Source: the human T2T-CHM13v2.0 reference genome, Homo sapiens. From it: a DNA stretch of 64,000 nt. Of the stretch, positions 26,525-40,183 are shown piece by piece. The DNA lies in NCBI RefSeq assembly GCF_009914755.1, contig NC_060947.1. One strand, 5' to 3'. Under the pieces are notes generated by a model. That model saw only the letters and a list, made by a program, of their open reading frames with translations, did no database searches and was not told the DNA's origin. The position numbers and the translations under genes were made by a program. The first letter of the stretch is position 1. Each line of letters opens with the position of its first letter.

Positions 26525-26690
26525 CTCACACTCTCTGAGCCTCAGTTTCCTCATCTGCAAAATGGAGATAATAATAATACACACCTCATAGGGTTGTTAT
26601 AAAGATTAAGTGAGTTAATGAATATAAAGTGTTTAAAATAGTTCCTGGGCAATAGTTAGCACTTAATTTTAGATATTATTATTATTATAC
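26525..26690 (+). mobile_element. MIR
   Basis: ctctgagcctcagtttcctcatctgcaaaatggagataataata core. Confidence 0.88.
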
Positions 26691-26712
26691 TTTAGTTATT
26701 ACTATTGTAAAT

Positions 26713-27115
26713 ACAATAGTCCTCCTTTATCCACAGTTTTGCTTTCCATGGTTTCAGTTACCCATAGTCAACGTGGTCTGAAAATATTAAATGGAAAATC
26801 CCAAAAATAAACAATTCAGAAGTTTTAAGTTGGGTCCTATTCTGAGTAGTGTGATGAAATCTCATGCTGTTCCACTGGGTCCCACCTAGGACGTGAATCA
26901 TCCCTTTGTCCAGCGGATCCACGCTGTCTATTCTACAGCCTGATAGTCACTTAGTAGCCATCTTAGTTATCAGATTGTTGTTGTATCACTGAGCTTGTGT
27001 TCAAGGAACACCTATTTTACTTAGTAATGGCCCTAAAACACAAGAGTAGTGATGCTGGCAATTCAAATATGCGCAAGAGAAGCCACAGAGTGCTTCCTTT
27101 AAGTGAAAAGGAAAG
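26713..27115 (+). mobile_element. MER44/Tigger7 DNA transposon fragment
   Basis: caatagtcctcctttatccacagttttgctttcc terminus after TA. Confidence 0.75.
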
Positions 27116-27167
27116 AATAAGACTGAATTATTGGGATTGTAACATATATTGACATGTTATATATGAC

Positions 27168-27806
27168 AGTAGAAGCCACAAAAGTTAGCCAACTATACAA
27201 TTAGAGGGAGCAGTCCACAGAAGACTGCTCTGACTTCTGACATCAACTGCAAGTTTGAGAGTTTGCTAAAACCACCCCAAGGTTTGAAATTCACTAGAAG
27301 GACTCACTAAAGCTGTTCTACTTATGGTTACTGTTTATTACAGGGGAAAGGATACAGATCAAAATCGGTCATGGGAAGAAGCAAATGGGACAGAATCCAG
27401 GAAAAGTTCCAAATGCAGAGCTTCTGTGGTCTTCTCCCTGTAGAGTCATGGACCATGTTACTTTCCCTTCACTAATGTATGACAACACACACAAACTATT
27501 ACCAACGAGGGGAGCTCACCTGAGCCTTGGTGCCCAGAGTCCATCTTGGGACTCCATCACATAGGCACCATTGACTGTCCACATAGCTAACCTCAGTTTC
27601 CAGTACCTCAGGAGGTCTAGGTGATACTGCATGACCCAAAGCCCCCACCCTAAATCACATTGTTAAACTTTCTGGAATGGCCAGCCCCACCCTAAACAAA
27701 AAATAACCTCTCAAGCATGACATGCCAAGGGCTTAGAGATTACCTCCTAGAAGTCAAGGGCAAAGGCCAGACATCTCTTTGGGCAAGGTTAAATTCTTTG
27801 CTACAC
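27168..27806. mobile_element. MER21-like LTR
   Basis: Similar to 10530-11021; ends gggcaaggttaaattctttgctaca. Confidence 0.7.
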
Positions 27807-28143
27807 AATAATACAAAGGAAGAGGAAAGGAGCTCCCTTGTAGAAAAATTATATATTTACTGGAATTTAGTATAAATCTGAAGTGCATTCTAATACATTA
27901 AGATATGTATTCTAATCCCTAGACTAACCACTAAATTTTTTTAAAAACCCCTATGTAGCTTAAAAACCAGTAGAAGAATTAAGATGGTACATTAGAAAAT
28001 ATCCACTTACTACTAAAGAAGGCAGGAGAGAAAGAACAGAGGAATAAAAAACACATGAGACTTCCTGCTTCATGAGTGGGCTTTTGAACAGGAAGATAAG
28101 CACTCTTTCTTCCAACATTGGGCCTTTTTGAGTACGCATGAAC

Positions 28144-28440
<297 letters not shown>

Positions 28441-28621
28441 GCATGAACATTCTTGAACACATGACAGGTTTATATTCCTTTGAGGTCTTTTGCCTGCTCT
28501 GATTGCCTTCTAACACCACTTACCCCAGAAATGTGTAGAGGCCCAGAGACCTTCCAGGTCCCCTGCCAGTCCAATCCTTGGCCTAAGCCTTCATAATTGG
28601 AAGATAAATTACATGCTCAGT

Positions 28622-28864
28622 ATTCTCACTCATAGGTGGGAATTGAACAATGAGAACACATGGATACAGGAAGGAGATCATCACACTCTGGGGACTGTTA
28701 TGGGGTGGGGGGAGGGGGGAGGGATAGCATTGGGAGATATACCTAATGCTAGAAGACGAGTTAGTGGGTGCAGCGCACCAGAATGGCACATGTATACATA
28801 CGTAACTAACCTGCACATTGTGCACATGTACCCTAAAACTTAAAGTATAATGATAATAAAAAAA
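28622..28864 (+). mobile_element. Young 5'-truncated L1 (L1PA2/3-like) 3' end
   Basis: Perfect 16-bp TSD aaattacatgctcagt (28606-28621 and 28865-28880); GAG (non-Ta) at the diagnostic site. Confidence 0.92.
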
Positions 28865-29649
28865 AAATTACATGCTCAGTTCTTAGCCAGTGGATCTCAG
28901 CATATTCTGTAGAAGTGCCCCCATGAGTTATTAATTGAAGCCCAAGCAAAGAAAATAATACATTAAAAAATTGTCTGCTATGTAGGCTGGCTACCATGGT
29001 AACCACCAATTTCTTCCAGATCTGAGCAATTTTAAATGCAAAGTGGGTTGAAAAAATCCATTTGTATTTACGGGACTCAAAGCTTCATGAAGGGTCACAT
29101 GTGGTAGGTGCTACAGATTAACCACACAGCTAACACCGATGTCTCCATTTGTGAAACACCTTGCTCAATTGACTCCATCGTTCTTGGTATATCAGGCAGC
29201 CCTTGGTTCTCCCTCTTTCTGTAGACAATGGAGGCTATTTCTCCACAAAAGCCTTTGTTCACATTCCAGGGCTCTGCCCCGTGCCAGAATCCACTGTGTA
29301 GGCTCTGGCATGGGGTTTGATGTCATCAACAAGTTGATGAACCTCATGAAAATGCTCCCTTATCAGGCTAGTATCCTGACACACCTTGGGAAGGGAAGGG
29401 GTACAAGAACATGTCCTTTCAAATGTATTTGTATTTTTCTAAAGTACTTGTTATAAATGCACCAAAATGTCAGTGGATATAGCTGTCATAAAATATTCTT
29501 AAGACTCAGAGTAATAAATCATGGATATGTAGAAACAGAAGAAGTGCCTGTATAGTGTCTTCAAATAATCAAGGCCAAAATCACATGTTTCCTTAAATAC
29601 CACACACTCGATGGTTGTATATCATAGGTACCAAGTTTTACTTAATTAT

Positions 29650-30180
29650 TGGAATGGTACAAAGATTCTGGAGTCAGACTACCTAGTTCAGTCTACAGCT
29701 CTTCTGCAACTGCTTATGTGACCTTGGACAAGCTTCTTGGCTTTTTAGCTTTTTTTTTTTTTTTTTTTGGAAACAGGGTCTTGCTCTGTCACCCAGGCTG
29801 GAGTGCAGTGGCTCAATCACAGCTCACTGCAGCCTCAAATTCCCAGGCTCATGTTATCCTATCAACTCAGCCTCCTGAATAGCTTGGAACTACAGGCATA
29901 TGGAACCATACTCGGCTAATTTTTTAAACATTTTTTTGTAGAAACACGGTCTCACTATGTTGTCCAGGTTGGCCTCAGACTACTGGGCTCTAGCCATCCT
30001 CCTGCCTCAGCCTCCCAAACTGCTGGGATTACAGGCATAAACCACTGCACCTGGCCCTTTTTCAGCTTTAGTCTCCTCATCTGCACTTACTTCATAGGGT
30101 TGTGAGGATTAAGCAGGGTTAAGCGCACAGCACCTGGCATATAGAGTAAGATGCAGTACAATGTATCTTGGTAAATAAAT
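29650..30180. mobile_element. MIR interrupted by AluJ (29750-30056, -)
   Basis: tgtgaccttggacaag... before the Alu and ctcatctg...tcatagggttgtgaggattaa after it. Confidence 0.8.
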
Positions 30181-31293
30181 ATAAAGCCAGAGGGCTGTGA
30201 GAGCAAAGAGGAGTCTCAGACACTTCTGAAAGGTTTCCTACAAGATTTGCTGGAATCTCCATGGTGGGGGGAAAAGAGAAACCTGGGACCAGAAGGACCA
30301 ATAAAAGAAAGGTAGAGAGACAGCTAGGAAAAGCATTATGGAAGCACTTCCTCACTAGACGGTGAGCATGAGGAAGGTGGTGAGCATGAGGAAGGTGGTA
30401 AGCAGGCGTGATTTACATCTGTATCTCCTGAGCCCATCTGAGTGCCTAAGTATAGTGAAATTAAGTAGAAATCTATTGAACTAAAAGGATCTGGAAGCCT
30501 CCCAGAACTGGAATCAATGCAAAGGAAAACAGAACAATTCTCTTCCTGATCACCAGGCTGAGGCTGGGAACAGTTAGTCACAATCACAGGTATTGTTAGG
30601 GTCATTTATGAGGTGAGTCATAAGTAATTTGTTAACAATAACAAAGCGTGGAAGTGTCCCAATGATGTGCTCCTTCACAGATTAGAGCAGATTCAAGGTT
30701 ATCACTATAGCAATGATGTAGCCCAATATGCTTTGTTGAGTGAGTTTGCTCCTGAGAGTGTGTTGCACACATTTGCATACTGATTGCAATGTAGATCAAG
30801 GCAAACAAGAAAAAATAAAAACAAATGAAAGTCAACTGATTCAGGCTAGAGAAGTATTGGACCTCTTCTGATTTTCACTGTGAGCGAGAAGTCAGTTCGC
30901 TGGCTCCATCTTTCCTCCCATGACCCACAGTAGGAACAGATCGGGGGAGGAGGGCAATGCTGCCTTTATTTATAGGAAGCAGCAGAGAAATCCTTTTTAA
31001 ATGATTTATTTTAATAATGTAAAAAGTGAAACCATATAATTTGTATTTTCTTAGCACTTTGTGGATTATAAATATTCTCACATGCCTTATCACTTAGATG
31101 ATCAGTTTGGCTTATGTGAAAGACCTGCAGTTGAAGGCTGACTTAGCAAGGATGTCATCTAAATGGGATCTGAGGGTTGGAGTCTTTATCCATGGAATAC
31201 AAACCAGCCTGTGTTAGGAATTATGTAATCCATACTTTCCCAAAAGCACACCTCACACCCAATGCATCTTTAAAAAAAAAAAAAGGTTGGAAG

Positions 31294-31857
31294 TGAAGGG
31301 GATCAGGATATGCCACCATAAAATATGCTATTTCGGCATAAGGATTATTTTGAGCTGAAAGCAATTGAGAATCAACTGGTGCTGCAAAAGTTCTCTGCCT
31401 CCCTTTTGTCTGCATAAAAGTAGGGCATAAATTTATCATGAAAAAGGTGCCCTCCCTTTATCAGGAAGAGAAGCATAACTCTTATCACTGAAGATGGGGA
31501 GTTGATGCTGAGATCAGTCTGCATAAACAGAATTTACTAAAATAATCCTTCTCTTCTATTAGTTCCCCCCATATATTTCCTAGTGACTTTCCCACAATTT
31601 ATCACCCCTAGAAGCTCCAACTCTCTTTGCTTTTTCTAGCCACTTTCTCACAATTTATTGCCCTTCATAAAAATGATATATAAGCCCTCATTATAACCAC
31701 TTCTTTGAGACTTCTTTTCTGCGAACAGTCATGTACATAAAAATACTAAATAAAAACTGTACCTTTTCTCCCGCTAATTTGTCTTTTGTCAGTTTAATTT
31801 GCAAGTCCCAGGTATTGAACCTAAGACGATAAAGGAAACGTTTTTTCTTCCACAACA
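31294..31857 (+). mobile_element. MER39/MER34-like ERV1 solo LTR
   Basis: TG...CA ends, TSD gaag (31290-31293 and 31858-31861), AATAAA near the 3' end. Confidence 0.75.
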
Positions 31858-32004
31858 GAAGGAAGGGATGGAGGAAGGAAAGGACTGAGGGAGAGAGGGA
31901 GGGAGCAAAGGAGGAAGGGAGCGAGGGAGGGAGGGAGAGAGGAAGGAAGGAAGGAAGGAAGGAAGGAAGGAAGGAAGGAAGGAAGGAAGGAAGGAAGGAA
32001 GGAA
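31858..32004. repeat. Purine-rich tract ending in perfect (GGAA)16 (31941-32004)
   Basis: Direct count. Confidence 0.97.
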
Positions 32005-32489
32005 AATGTTTTTCTTTTATTTGTCTGACACTCAAGCAACTTTGGGATTGTATCTCTTGGCTTCCAGTTTGTCCTCCAGTCTCACAAGGCAGATAATAGC
32101 AGGAAGGCCTAGATGCTGACCATGGAAACCTGAAATACATAGTTGAGGGCATATCACTTTCTCTCCAGAACCAAAGCCTTTACCCTGTTCTCCCACAAAG
32201 CCTCCTAGAGTCCACATCAGCCCCACATCAGCACTCAGTAGAGACTGGCTCTAAATCTCTCATCACCGTGGGTTGTCACACCTAGATAAGTCCTGTGATT
32301 TAAACAGTGACCTTTTCAAATGGCTTTGCCACTTAATTACACAGACTGTACACTTATGAGTAAAAAGAAACATACCTCCACGTACAATCACTGAGACAGA
32401 CAAGGTAGAATTCTTTATTTATTATTATTTCAGGATTTTGATGTGATTGTTTGGTATCTGCTAGACTCAATGGACATGTAACTTCACAA

Positions 32490-32950
32490 CTGAAGACTTC
32501 TTTTACTTCATTTCACACCCCGCAACATGCCAGTTATTTTTCTAAAATACAAATCTTTTTATGTCATTCACCAACTCAAAATTCTTCGGTGGTTAATTCC
32601 CCCATTGTCTATAGAGAAAAATTATAATTCTTTAGCTTGACATACAAATCCCTTTCAATATTTGAATCCTGCCAAATTTGTAGCCACAACTACCAATAGT
32701 CTACTCCTCCCCATCCCCCACAATAACATATTAACTCCAGTCATATCATATTAGTTCTGATTCCCTGAAAAACACCATGATTTTAAGGTAGAAGTCTTTA
32801 TTCCCATTTTAGTGAATGTGATTCACTCCAATACCTTCATCCCCTAACAGGACTGTAAACATCTTGAGGCCTTTGATCATGTCTTTTTGCATTCTTTGCA
32901 ATGCCTTGGCTAGAGCTAGACACATAATGACAAATGTTAAATGGTTACCT
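32490..32950. mobile_element. L2 fragments
   Basis: gactgtaaacatcttgagg..., ttctaaaatacaaatc motifs. Confidence 0.5.
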
Positions 32951-33604
32951 ATAGAAACATTGGCCTCCCTTGGTTTTATTAAATTCTTGCTACCAAGTTT
33001 TTGGTGCTGTTATTGTTTTTTTGGGCTATTTCTCTGCCTGAGTGCTATCCTTCTATGAGGACACCCCAAATGGAAGTATACTATGGGTAACTATTTTAAA
33101 AATAAACAAATCAGCAAAGTAAAACCCAGGCAGGCTGAAGCCAAATGTATCACTTCTTGCACATGCTAATGGGTGGCATGGGGCACCGTTTGCAAGAGAC
33201 AGTTACAAAGTTCTAACTTACTTATCTAGTAATGTATTTACAATGAATCCTTTGTAGCAACAGATCAAAGAACAGCATTTATTAACCTATATCTGTATTT
33301 GATTGTACAGCAAATTAGCACAAACACACACCCAGAGATCAGCTTCAATTTCCTCATGCAACACTGGCTCTCTAAAGAGAAATAAATTTTCTGACCCAGA
33401 ACAAAGTTTTGGAAAGACAAATTTTTGAAAAACAAGCATTTATAACGGCATTTATAATGTTAATGGGGTTCAACTTGAAAAATTACCCAATTGGCTCATG
33501 AGAAAACATACTTCTTTAATAAACTGCTATGAGTGGGAGTGGGCAGGAGTTGGGGAGAGAAACAGTGGAAGTAGTGAGAGCATGATAAGTGAAGCAAAGA
33601 AGAA

Positions 33605-33607
<3 letters not shown>

Positions 33608-33645
<38 letters not shown>
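33608..33645. repeat. (GT)19 microsatellite
   Basis: Direct count. Confidence 0.97.
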
Positions 33646-33648
<3 letters not shown>

Positions 33649-35763
33649 CCTGTACACAAAACCTCCATTATTTTTATGCTTTCATTTCTACACAGCCAGA
33701 TAATGTCAGGTAAAAGTATAACTTATGACTCAGTCAGAGCAATGCTTTTGCTTTGATATATCGATGTTGGCTGAGTCAAGTAAGGGTGGAGATGGCAAGA
33801 GAAAGATAATAAGTAGCAAATATATGTGTTCAGCGGAAAGACAAAGCTCTCACTTTGAAGAGCTGAGTTCAGAGGTTTCAAAGGGCACACAGGAAATGCT
33901 CCAACAGCATAAACTGGGCCCCAAGCGCCATTCCAGCCAACTTTCAGCCCTCCACATGGCTTTATCTGATCTCATGATTCTCTGTCTCCAGAACCAAAGT
34001 ACCCACAAAGAAGAATGGCTTTGTGATAAAAATCAGATCAGGGCTTCGATCACTTTTATGATCACTAGAGACCTGGAGGTATAGAGATGAGAAGGTAAAA
34101 GGCAGACAGTCAGACTATGGTGGGTTCCCCTGAGTTATGGGGAAAGTTATAAATTATTTACTAAGGCACACACAGTGCCTGTTTTTATGACGAATATAAT
34201 AGCCTGAATACCAAAAGAAAAACTAAATTGAGCTCTGAATCAGGTCTGAAAAACATTACAAACCCATCTCTATCTTTCAAAACTATATACAAGACAGCAT
34301 TTTGGTAATTTGATGTATGTAAACTGAGCCTCAGTTACCCACTTGGGCCAAAAAAGGAGAAAAACAGGCATTTAGGGCTTGCCGTTTTCCTCTTTGAGGT
34401 TAAAAAAAAGTCACCAATATGAAGTAATTAGAAATTAAGTCCAGGAGACCAAATTATGAGTTCTACTATTTTCCCAACATAAAACGCCATCCGCAGAGCA
34501 GAAAGATGAAATTTCATAGAAAGTCTTCAAAGAGGAAAAGCAATGGTCTTTTCCCTCTGCTACTCTGTAGTTTGTCCTCATCTTGTGGGAATTGGGGCCC
34601 ATGGTTAGGAGAAAAGAGTGTGTACTTTCAGTATAATAGCAAAACAGTTACAGTCAAAGACATTGTGTGGGAGAAGAGTATATGCTAGATTTACATCAGA
34701 TTTGAGAATCAGGTACCACTGGTTAACATGGAAGGTTTCACAGAAAATTGTTTATGTCAGAGGAGATGGTGCCCAAGATTTCAAACATCTGGCTATATAA
34801 ACATCCATGGGGAATCAGTATAGACATCACAGATAATTCATGGGAGGTAGTTTGTACTCATAATTGGATATTTTCACAAATGTTTTCTTAAGAAAAACCA
34901 TAGAAAATGAAGTTGGCCTTAGAATAACTGAACACTCTGATAAGCAATATACCCCCAGAAATGTTCCAGACTTTTGCTGCTTTACTCCTATCTCTTTAAC
35001 AAGTGGAAAAACTCTTCTTCTTTACAACCTATGTCTGTATCTGGTACTGCAACACTCAAAATATCCACTTTATTGAGAGGCTACTGATCATAAAGAAAGA
35101 AAAAAAATGTAGATAGCAATGCTGTGGTTTATCACATGCTGCACAGAACCAATGTGAACTTCCCTTTTTTGATTCATAGAATTCTATGTATTCATAAAAT
35201 TCAAACAATAAACATGGCTCCTCTAATGATTTCTCTCTTTGCTTGATTTCACTGGGAGACTAGCCTAGTGCCTCCCTCTGATAGCTCAGGAGTCCCTGGG
35301 CCTCTGTTATCAGCCTTTGGACTTGGATTAGAGAAGTTATTTTCTTTAATTGATCATGAATTTACAGTCAATGGTATATAGTCACTCTGTCTAAGCAGTT
35401 CTGTGAGTGGAGGGCAGGAAAAATAAATTTTCAGAATAATCGGAACGTCTGAATCCAGGAAATTTTCCTGGACTGCTGGGACTTAGTAAGGCAGCAATGT
35501 AAAGGTAAAAAGCAGTGGCCCTCAAGGCAGCAAACCTTGGATGCATGGCCATGAGGGTCTTACTTGCTATCTCTCAGAAGAAGCAGCATGCTAGAGCGGC
35601 CTCTAAGAAGAGCTCAAATCTCTGCTCTTCTAGCACAATGCTAAATCATGTGTTTCATAGAAATGGGGATGGGAGTGGGTGAGTGGGTGCAAATCCACTA
35701 ACTTTTCTTGAGCAGTCAAAGTCAAGCAAGCACTGCTAATGGTGGTGATTGCATCTGGATCAA

Positions 35764-36674
35764 TGTAGGGGAGGAAAAATATCCTTTTCTCTACCTATCC
35801 TAGGTTTATGGCCTGTAACAAAAAGCAGCTTAATCAGAAAACCATACAGGTTTATTTCAAATAAGTTTTACGTGACATGAGAGCCTTCATAAGGAAATGA
35901 AGACCAAAGAAACAGGTACATTTGAGTGTTTTTATTCTAGGTTTGATGAAGAATGAACAGTCATGGAGAAATATGATAGGACAAAGAATATTATCTAATG
36001 GTAATAAATGGGGCAGGGACTTAACGAGGCCTGTTTGTTTGAATTTTTCTCTGTGTTCCTCCATTTTCAGAGATAAGGATGCTTTTTCCTTCCCTGTAGG
36101 TCTAAGGAGGGCATCTGTCAGATGAGGGTCATATAACCTACTTTAGGGGAAGGTCAGTGTATTAGTTGGTTTTCATGCTGCTGATAAAGGCATACCTGGA
36201 CTGGGCAATTTATAAAAGAAAGAGGTTTAATGGACTTACAGTTCCACGTGGCTGGGGAGGCCTCACAATCATGTTGGAAAACAAGGAGGAGCAAGTCACA
36301 TCCTACGTGGATGGTGGCAGGCAAAGAGAGAGAATGAGAGCCAAGCAAAACGGGCTTCCCCTTATCAAACCATCAGATCTCATGAGACTCATTCACTATC
36401 ACAAGAACAGTGCAGGAAAGACTCGCCCCCATAATTCAATCACCTCCCACTGGGTTCCTCCCATGACATGTGGGAATTGTGGGAGTTACAATTCAAGATG
36501 AGATTTGGGTGGAGACACAGCCAAACCGTCTCAGTCAGAGAGTCCTTCCTAGGTTTTATAATCCACTTCAGGGGAGAAGTATGGGGAAAGGTAAGACCAA
36601 TGGTCCAGTTTCTGCTATTTTCTTCAATATGACAAGATGCCATCTTTTGGAGTAGTGTGTCCTGAACCCCATCG
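35764..36674 (-). mobile_element. MER34-like ERV1 LTR interrupted by THE1
   Basis: tgtaggggaggaaaaat terminus; the sequence resumes after THE1. Confidence 0.7.
36158..36533. mobile_element. THE1B-like LTR
   Basis: THE1 signature; 5-bp TSD gtcag (36153-36157 and 36534-36538). Confidence 0.9.
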
Positions 36675-37012
36675 CCTATGTGGCAACAGATTTCATCTTT
36701 CCTTTGCAGAGGATACAGAAAAACAGGACACAGAAGCTAACAAGAAACTCCCAGGAACTCGAGGCACAGGGGCAGGTTCATGTCACAATACTCTTTCTCT
36801 CCATCTTTTCCTCTCCTTCAGCCATTTTTCGGGACCTAAGATGCTAAACTTAGGGTCCTTCTTTCTCAGGCCTTTCCAGGAGTTCTTCCTCATCCTTGGC
36901 TCCCATCTCCCCTTCTGACTCCTCTGGGCCCCTGAGTCCTCTACTCAGTTGGAGGAAGTTGGCTTTATCTGCCATGGCCTCTGCATCTCTAGGCCATGCT
37001 AGAAGCCCACTA

Positions 37013-38046
37013 TATAACCATCCAATAAGTTCTTCTTGCCTGCTTCCCAGATGAAGCTAATTTATCAAGACAGGGTTATTGCAATAGAAAAAGAGTTTAA
37101 TACAAGAAGAGCCAGCTAAATGGGAGACCAGAGTTTTATTATTACTCAAACGAGCCTCTCTGAAAATGTGGAGGCTAGGTTGTTTTTTTTTTTCCTTGAG
37201 ACAGAGTCTTGCTCTGTTATCCAGGCTGGAGTGCAGTGGAGTGATCTCGGCTCACTGTAACCTCCGCCTCTGGGTTCAAGCAATTCTCTGCCTCAACCTC
37301 CCAAGTAGCTGGGATTACAGGTGCCTGCCACCATGCCCGGCTAATTTTTTTTGTATTTTTAGTAGAGACAGGGTTTCACCATCTTAGCCAGGCTGGTCTT
37401 GAACTCCTGACCTCGTGATCCACCCACCTCAGACTCCCAAAGTGCTGGGATTGCAGGTGTGAGCCACTGCGCCCAGCCAGGTTTTTTAAAAGATAGTTTG
37501 GTGGGCAAGGGGCTAGGAAATGGTCCTGCTGATTGGTTGGGGATGCTATCATAGGAGTGTGGAAAATAGTCCTCATGCACTGAGTCCACTTCTGGGTGTG
37601 GGCCACAAGGCCAGCTGAGTCATGAGTTGGTGTCTCCAGTCTAGATGGGGCCATTGGATCATCTGAAATGCAAAAATCTGAAAAGACATCTCAAAAGGCC
37701 AATGTTAGGTTCTACAATAGTGATGTTATTTACAGGAGTAATTGCGGAAGTTGCAAACCTTGTGGCCTCCAGAATAATGGCCGGTAATCATTTATGCCTA
37801 CATCTTAGTGGAATTCAGGCCCCAATCATCCTCCCAACCTGGTGGCCTTTCATTAGTTTTACAAAGACAGTTTAGTTTTGGGGAGGGCTATTATCATTTA
37901 AATTATAAATTTCTCCCAAAGTTAGCTTGGCCCATGCCTTGATCAAGGGCAATTTGGAGGTTAAAGGCAAGATAGAGTTGGTTGGATCAGACCTCTTTCA
38001 CTGTCATAATTTTCTGACTGTTATAATTTTTGCAAAGGCAGTTTCA
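37013..38046 (-). mobile_element. LTR8-like solo LTR containing an AluS (37181-37479, -)
   Basis: Reverse start tgaaactgcctttgcaaaaattataac. Confidence 0.85.
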
Positions 38047-38528
38047 ACTTCAGTTGCTGAAGCTTGCAAATAAAACTGATAAAAGGCAGATTAACAGAAA
38101 AAAAACAGATTTAAGTATGTGCATACGCACAGGAGTTCACAAAGAAATGTGACTCAAGGAAGCAGTTAGAATTTGGGGTTATATACTATCTTAGGCTAGA
38201 CAAAAGCAAAGTGATCTGGGGCTTCTGGGGAGGAGATAAATTATAGGAAGGTGAATAGGAAATGTACAGGAAATAAGGGTCATTTAGTAAGGTTTGTTAT
38301 GTGGATAAGAGACATCCTGGGTGCTAAGAGTTGCCTCCAGAGTAGTTTTCTTGCTGGTACAGGAGAGGGAGACACCTTTACAAATGGAAATTTGTAAATT
38401 TTCAAAAGGAAATTTATGTCCTACTTTTAGACAGAAAAGGGGAAGGCAGAGAGCTAATTGCTTTCAAATCAAAACAATCCTTATGCCAAAGTGGTATATT
38501 TTGGGGTGGCAGATTCTGGTCCCCTTCA
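38047..38528 (-). mobile_element. MER34/MER39-like LTR fragment
   Basis: End ccttatgccaaagtggtatattttggggtggcagattctggtccccttca is similar in reverse complement to the start of the 31294 copy. Confidence 0.7.
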
Positions 38529-39787
38529 CTATCTCACTGTCTGTCTGGTGGATAAATACGTGTTGAGTGGCAGACTAACAGAAGAGTCTACATGTACCAC
38601 AACCCCTCGTAGGTAAGAGCTTTCAGCTCAGTGGCAGCTGTGCCATGTCCATTTAACCAAGCTTGGCAGCAAGTCTTAAGGACTAGTCACAAAAAGAAAG
38701 TGCAAAGGGGCACAGCTTCTCTTTGGAGAGTGCCAAGATACCATCAATCTCTGCCCCAGCCCAGGGGAGGCTGGAAAAAGTGCCTCAAGCACTAAGGGGG
38801 CGGGGAGCAGGGGCAAAGTGGGTAATGAGTCAGAAAGGAATGTCTGTGAACCCACACCCGCATACCTGAGTGCCAATGTGAAGAAAACCCAGAGTAAATT
38901 CCTTTACACAGACTAGGGTCTCACATGCACTTCTGAGGGTAGTTTTTCCGTATAAGAATCTGCCCTGTGCTTTACAGAACAGTGAGTCACTTACTTGCTT
39001 TTGGATGGAACGCTGCAGAGTGTGCTGTCATTGTGATATCTTTTTTTCCCTCATGCATTCTCAGCATTGCCAGCCTTGGCTTTGCTCATTAGATAAATAA
39101 TAGAGTAAAATTCATGCAGTGGCCCCACAATCACTACTCCAGGGAGAAATGGAGGCGGGGAGGGGAGATGGTGGTCCATAAAGACCTGGGCTAGTGAATT
39201 TGGTGTTTTTGTTTGTTGGTCTTTAAATAAATGAACTTAAAATAAGATTTTCCAAATTTGAAAATAGATGCCTTATAGAGTAGATTTCTTATGCAACAAT
39301 ATAAAAATAAGAAATTAAATCTGGGAACGAGACTTAATTCTCCAACATGATTTTGTTTTGAAGTTCAGCCTCTTCAATGAGATGCAGGTATGGGGGAAGG
39401 GCTCCATTTAAAGAGCCCAAATTCCTATCTGTTACTTCAGATATCAGGTCAGATTAGTACTTTTAGAAAGTTTAACAGACCCCTTTGATGCAACAGGAAA
39501 GAAAAACAAGCTCTCTAAGCAGGAAAATTCAGGACATCCTTTTTCTTAGTTTTACGTGATGCAGTGAGTCACTTAGAGACTCTCAGGAAAATAAGCCCAG
39601 GATGGCCATCAAGATTAGGGAACATACTGGCCCAAACAGCTGCAGAGCAAGTAGCTTCTCTGTCCCTGGTTCCCATCCTCCTAGTGTTTTCTCTTTAGGG
39701 CCAAGTGCTGTAAGAGAGAAAAGAACAAGATGACAAGGTCAAGACAGCCTCTTTGTAATCCTTCTCAAATCACCGAGAAACAAATCA

Positions 39788-40183
<396 letters not shown>

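Noticed and set aside
31691-32152. 153-aa ORF with PSFL repeats
   Set aside because: Translation of the (TTCC)n repeat and LTR sequence.
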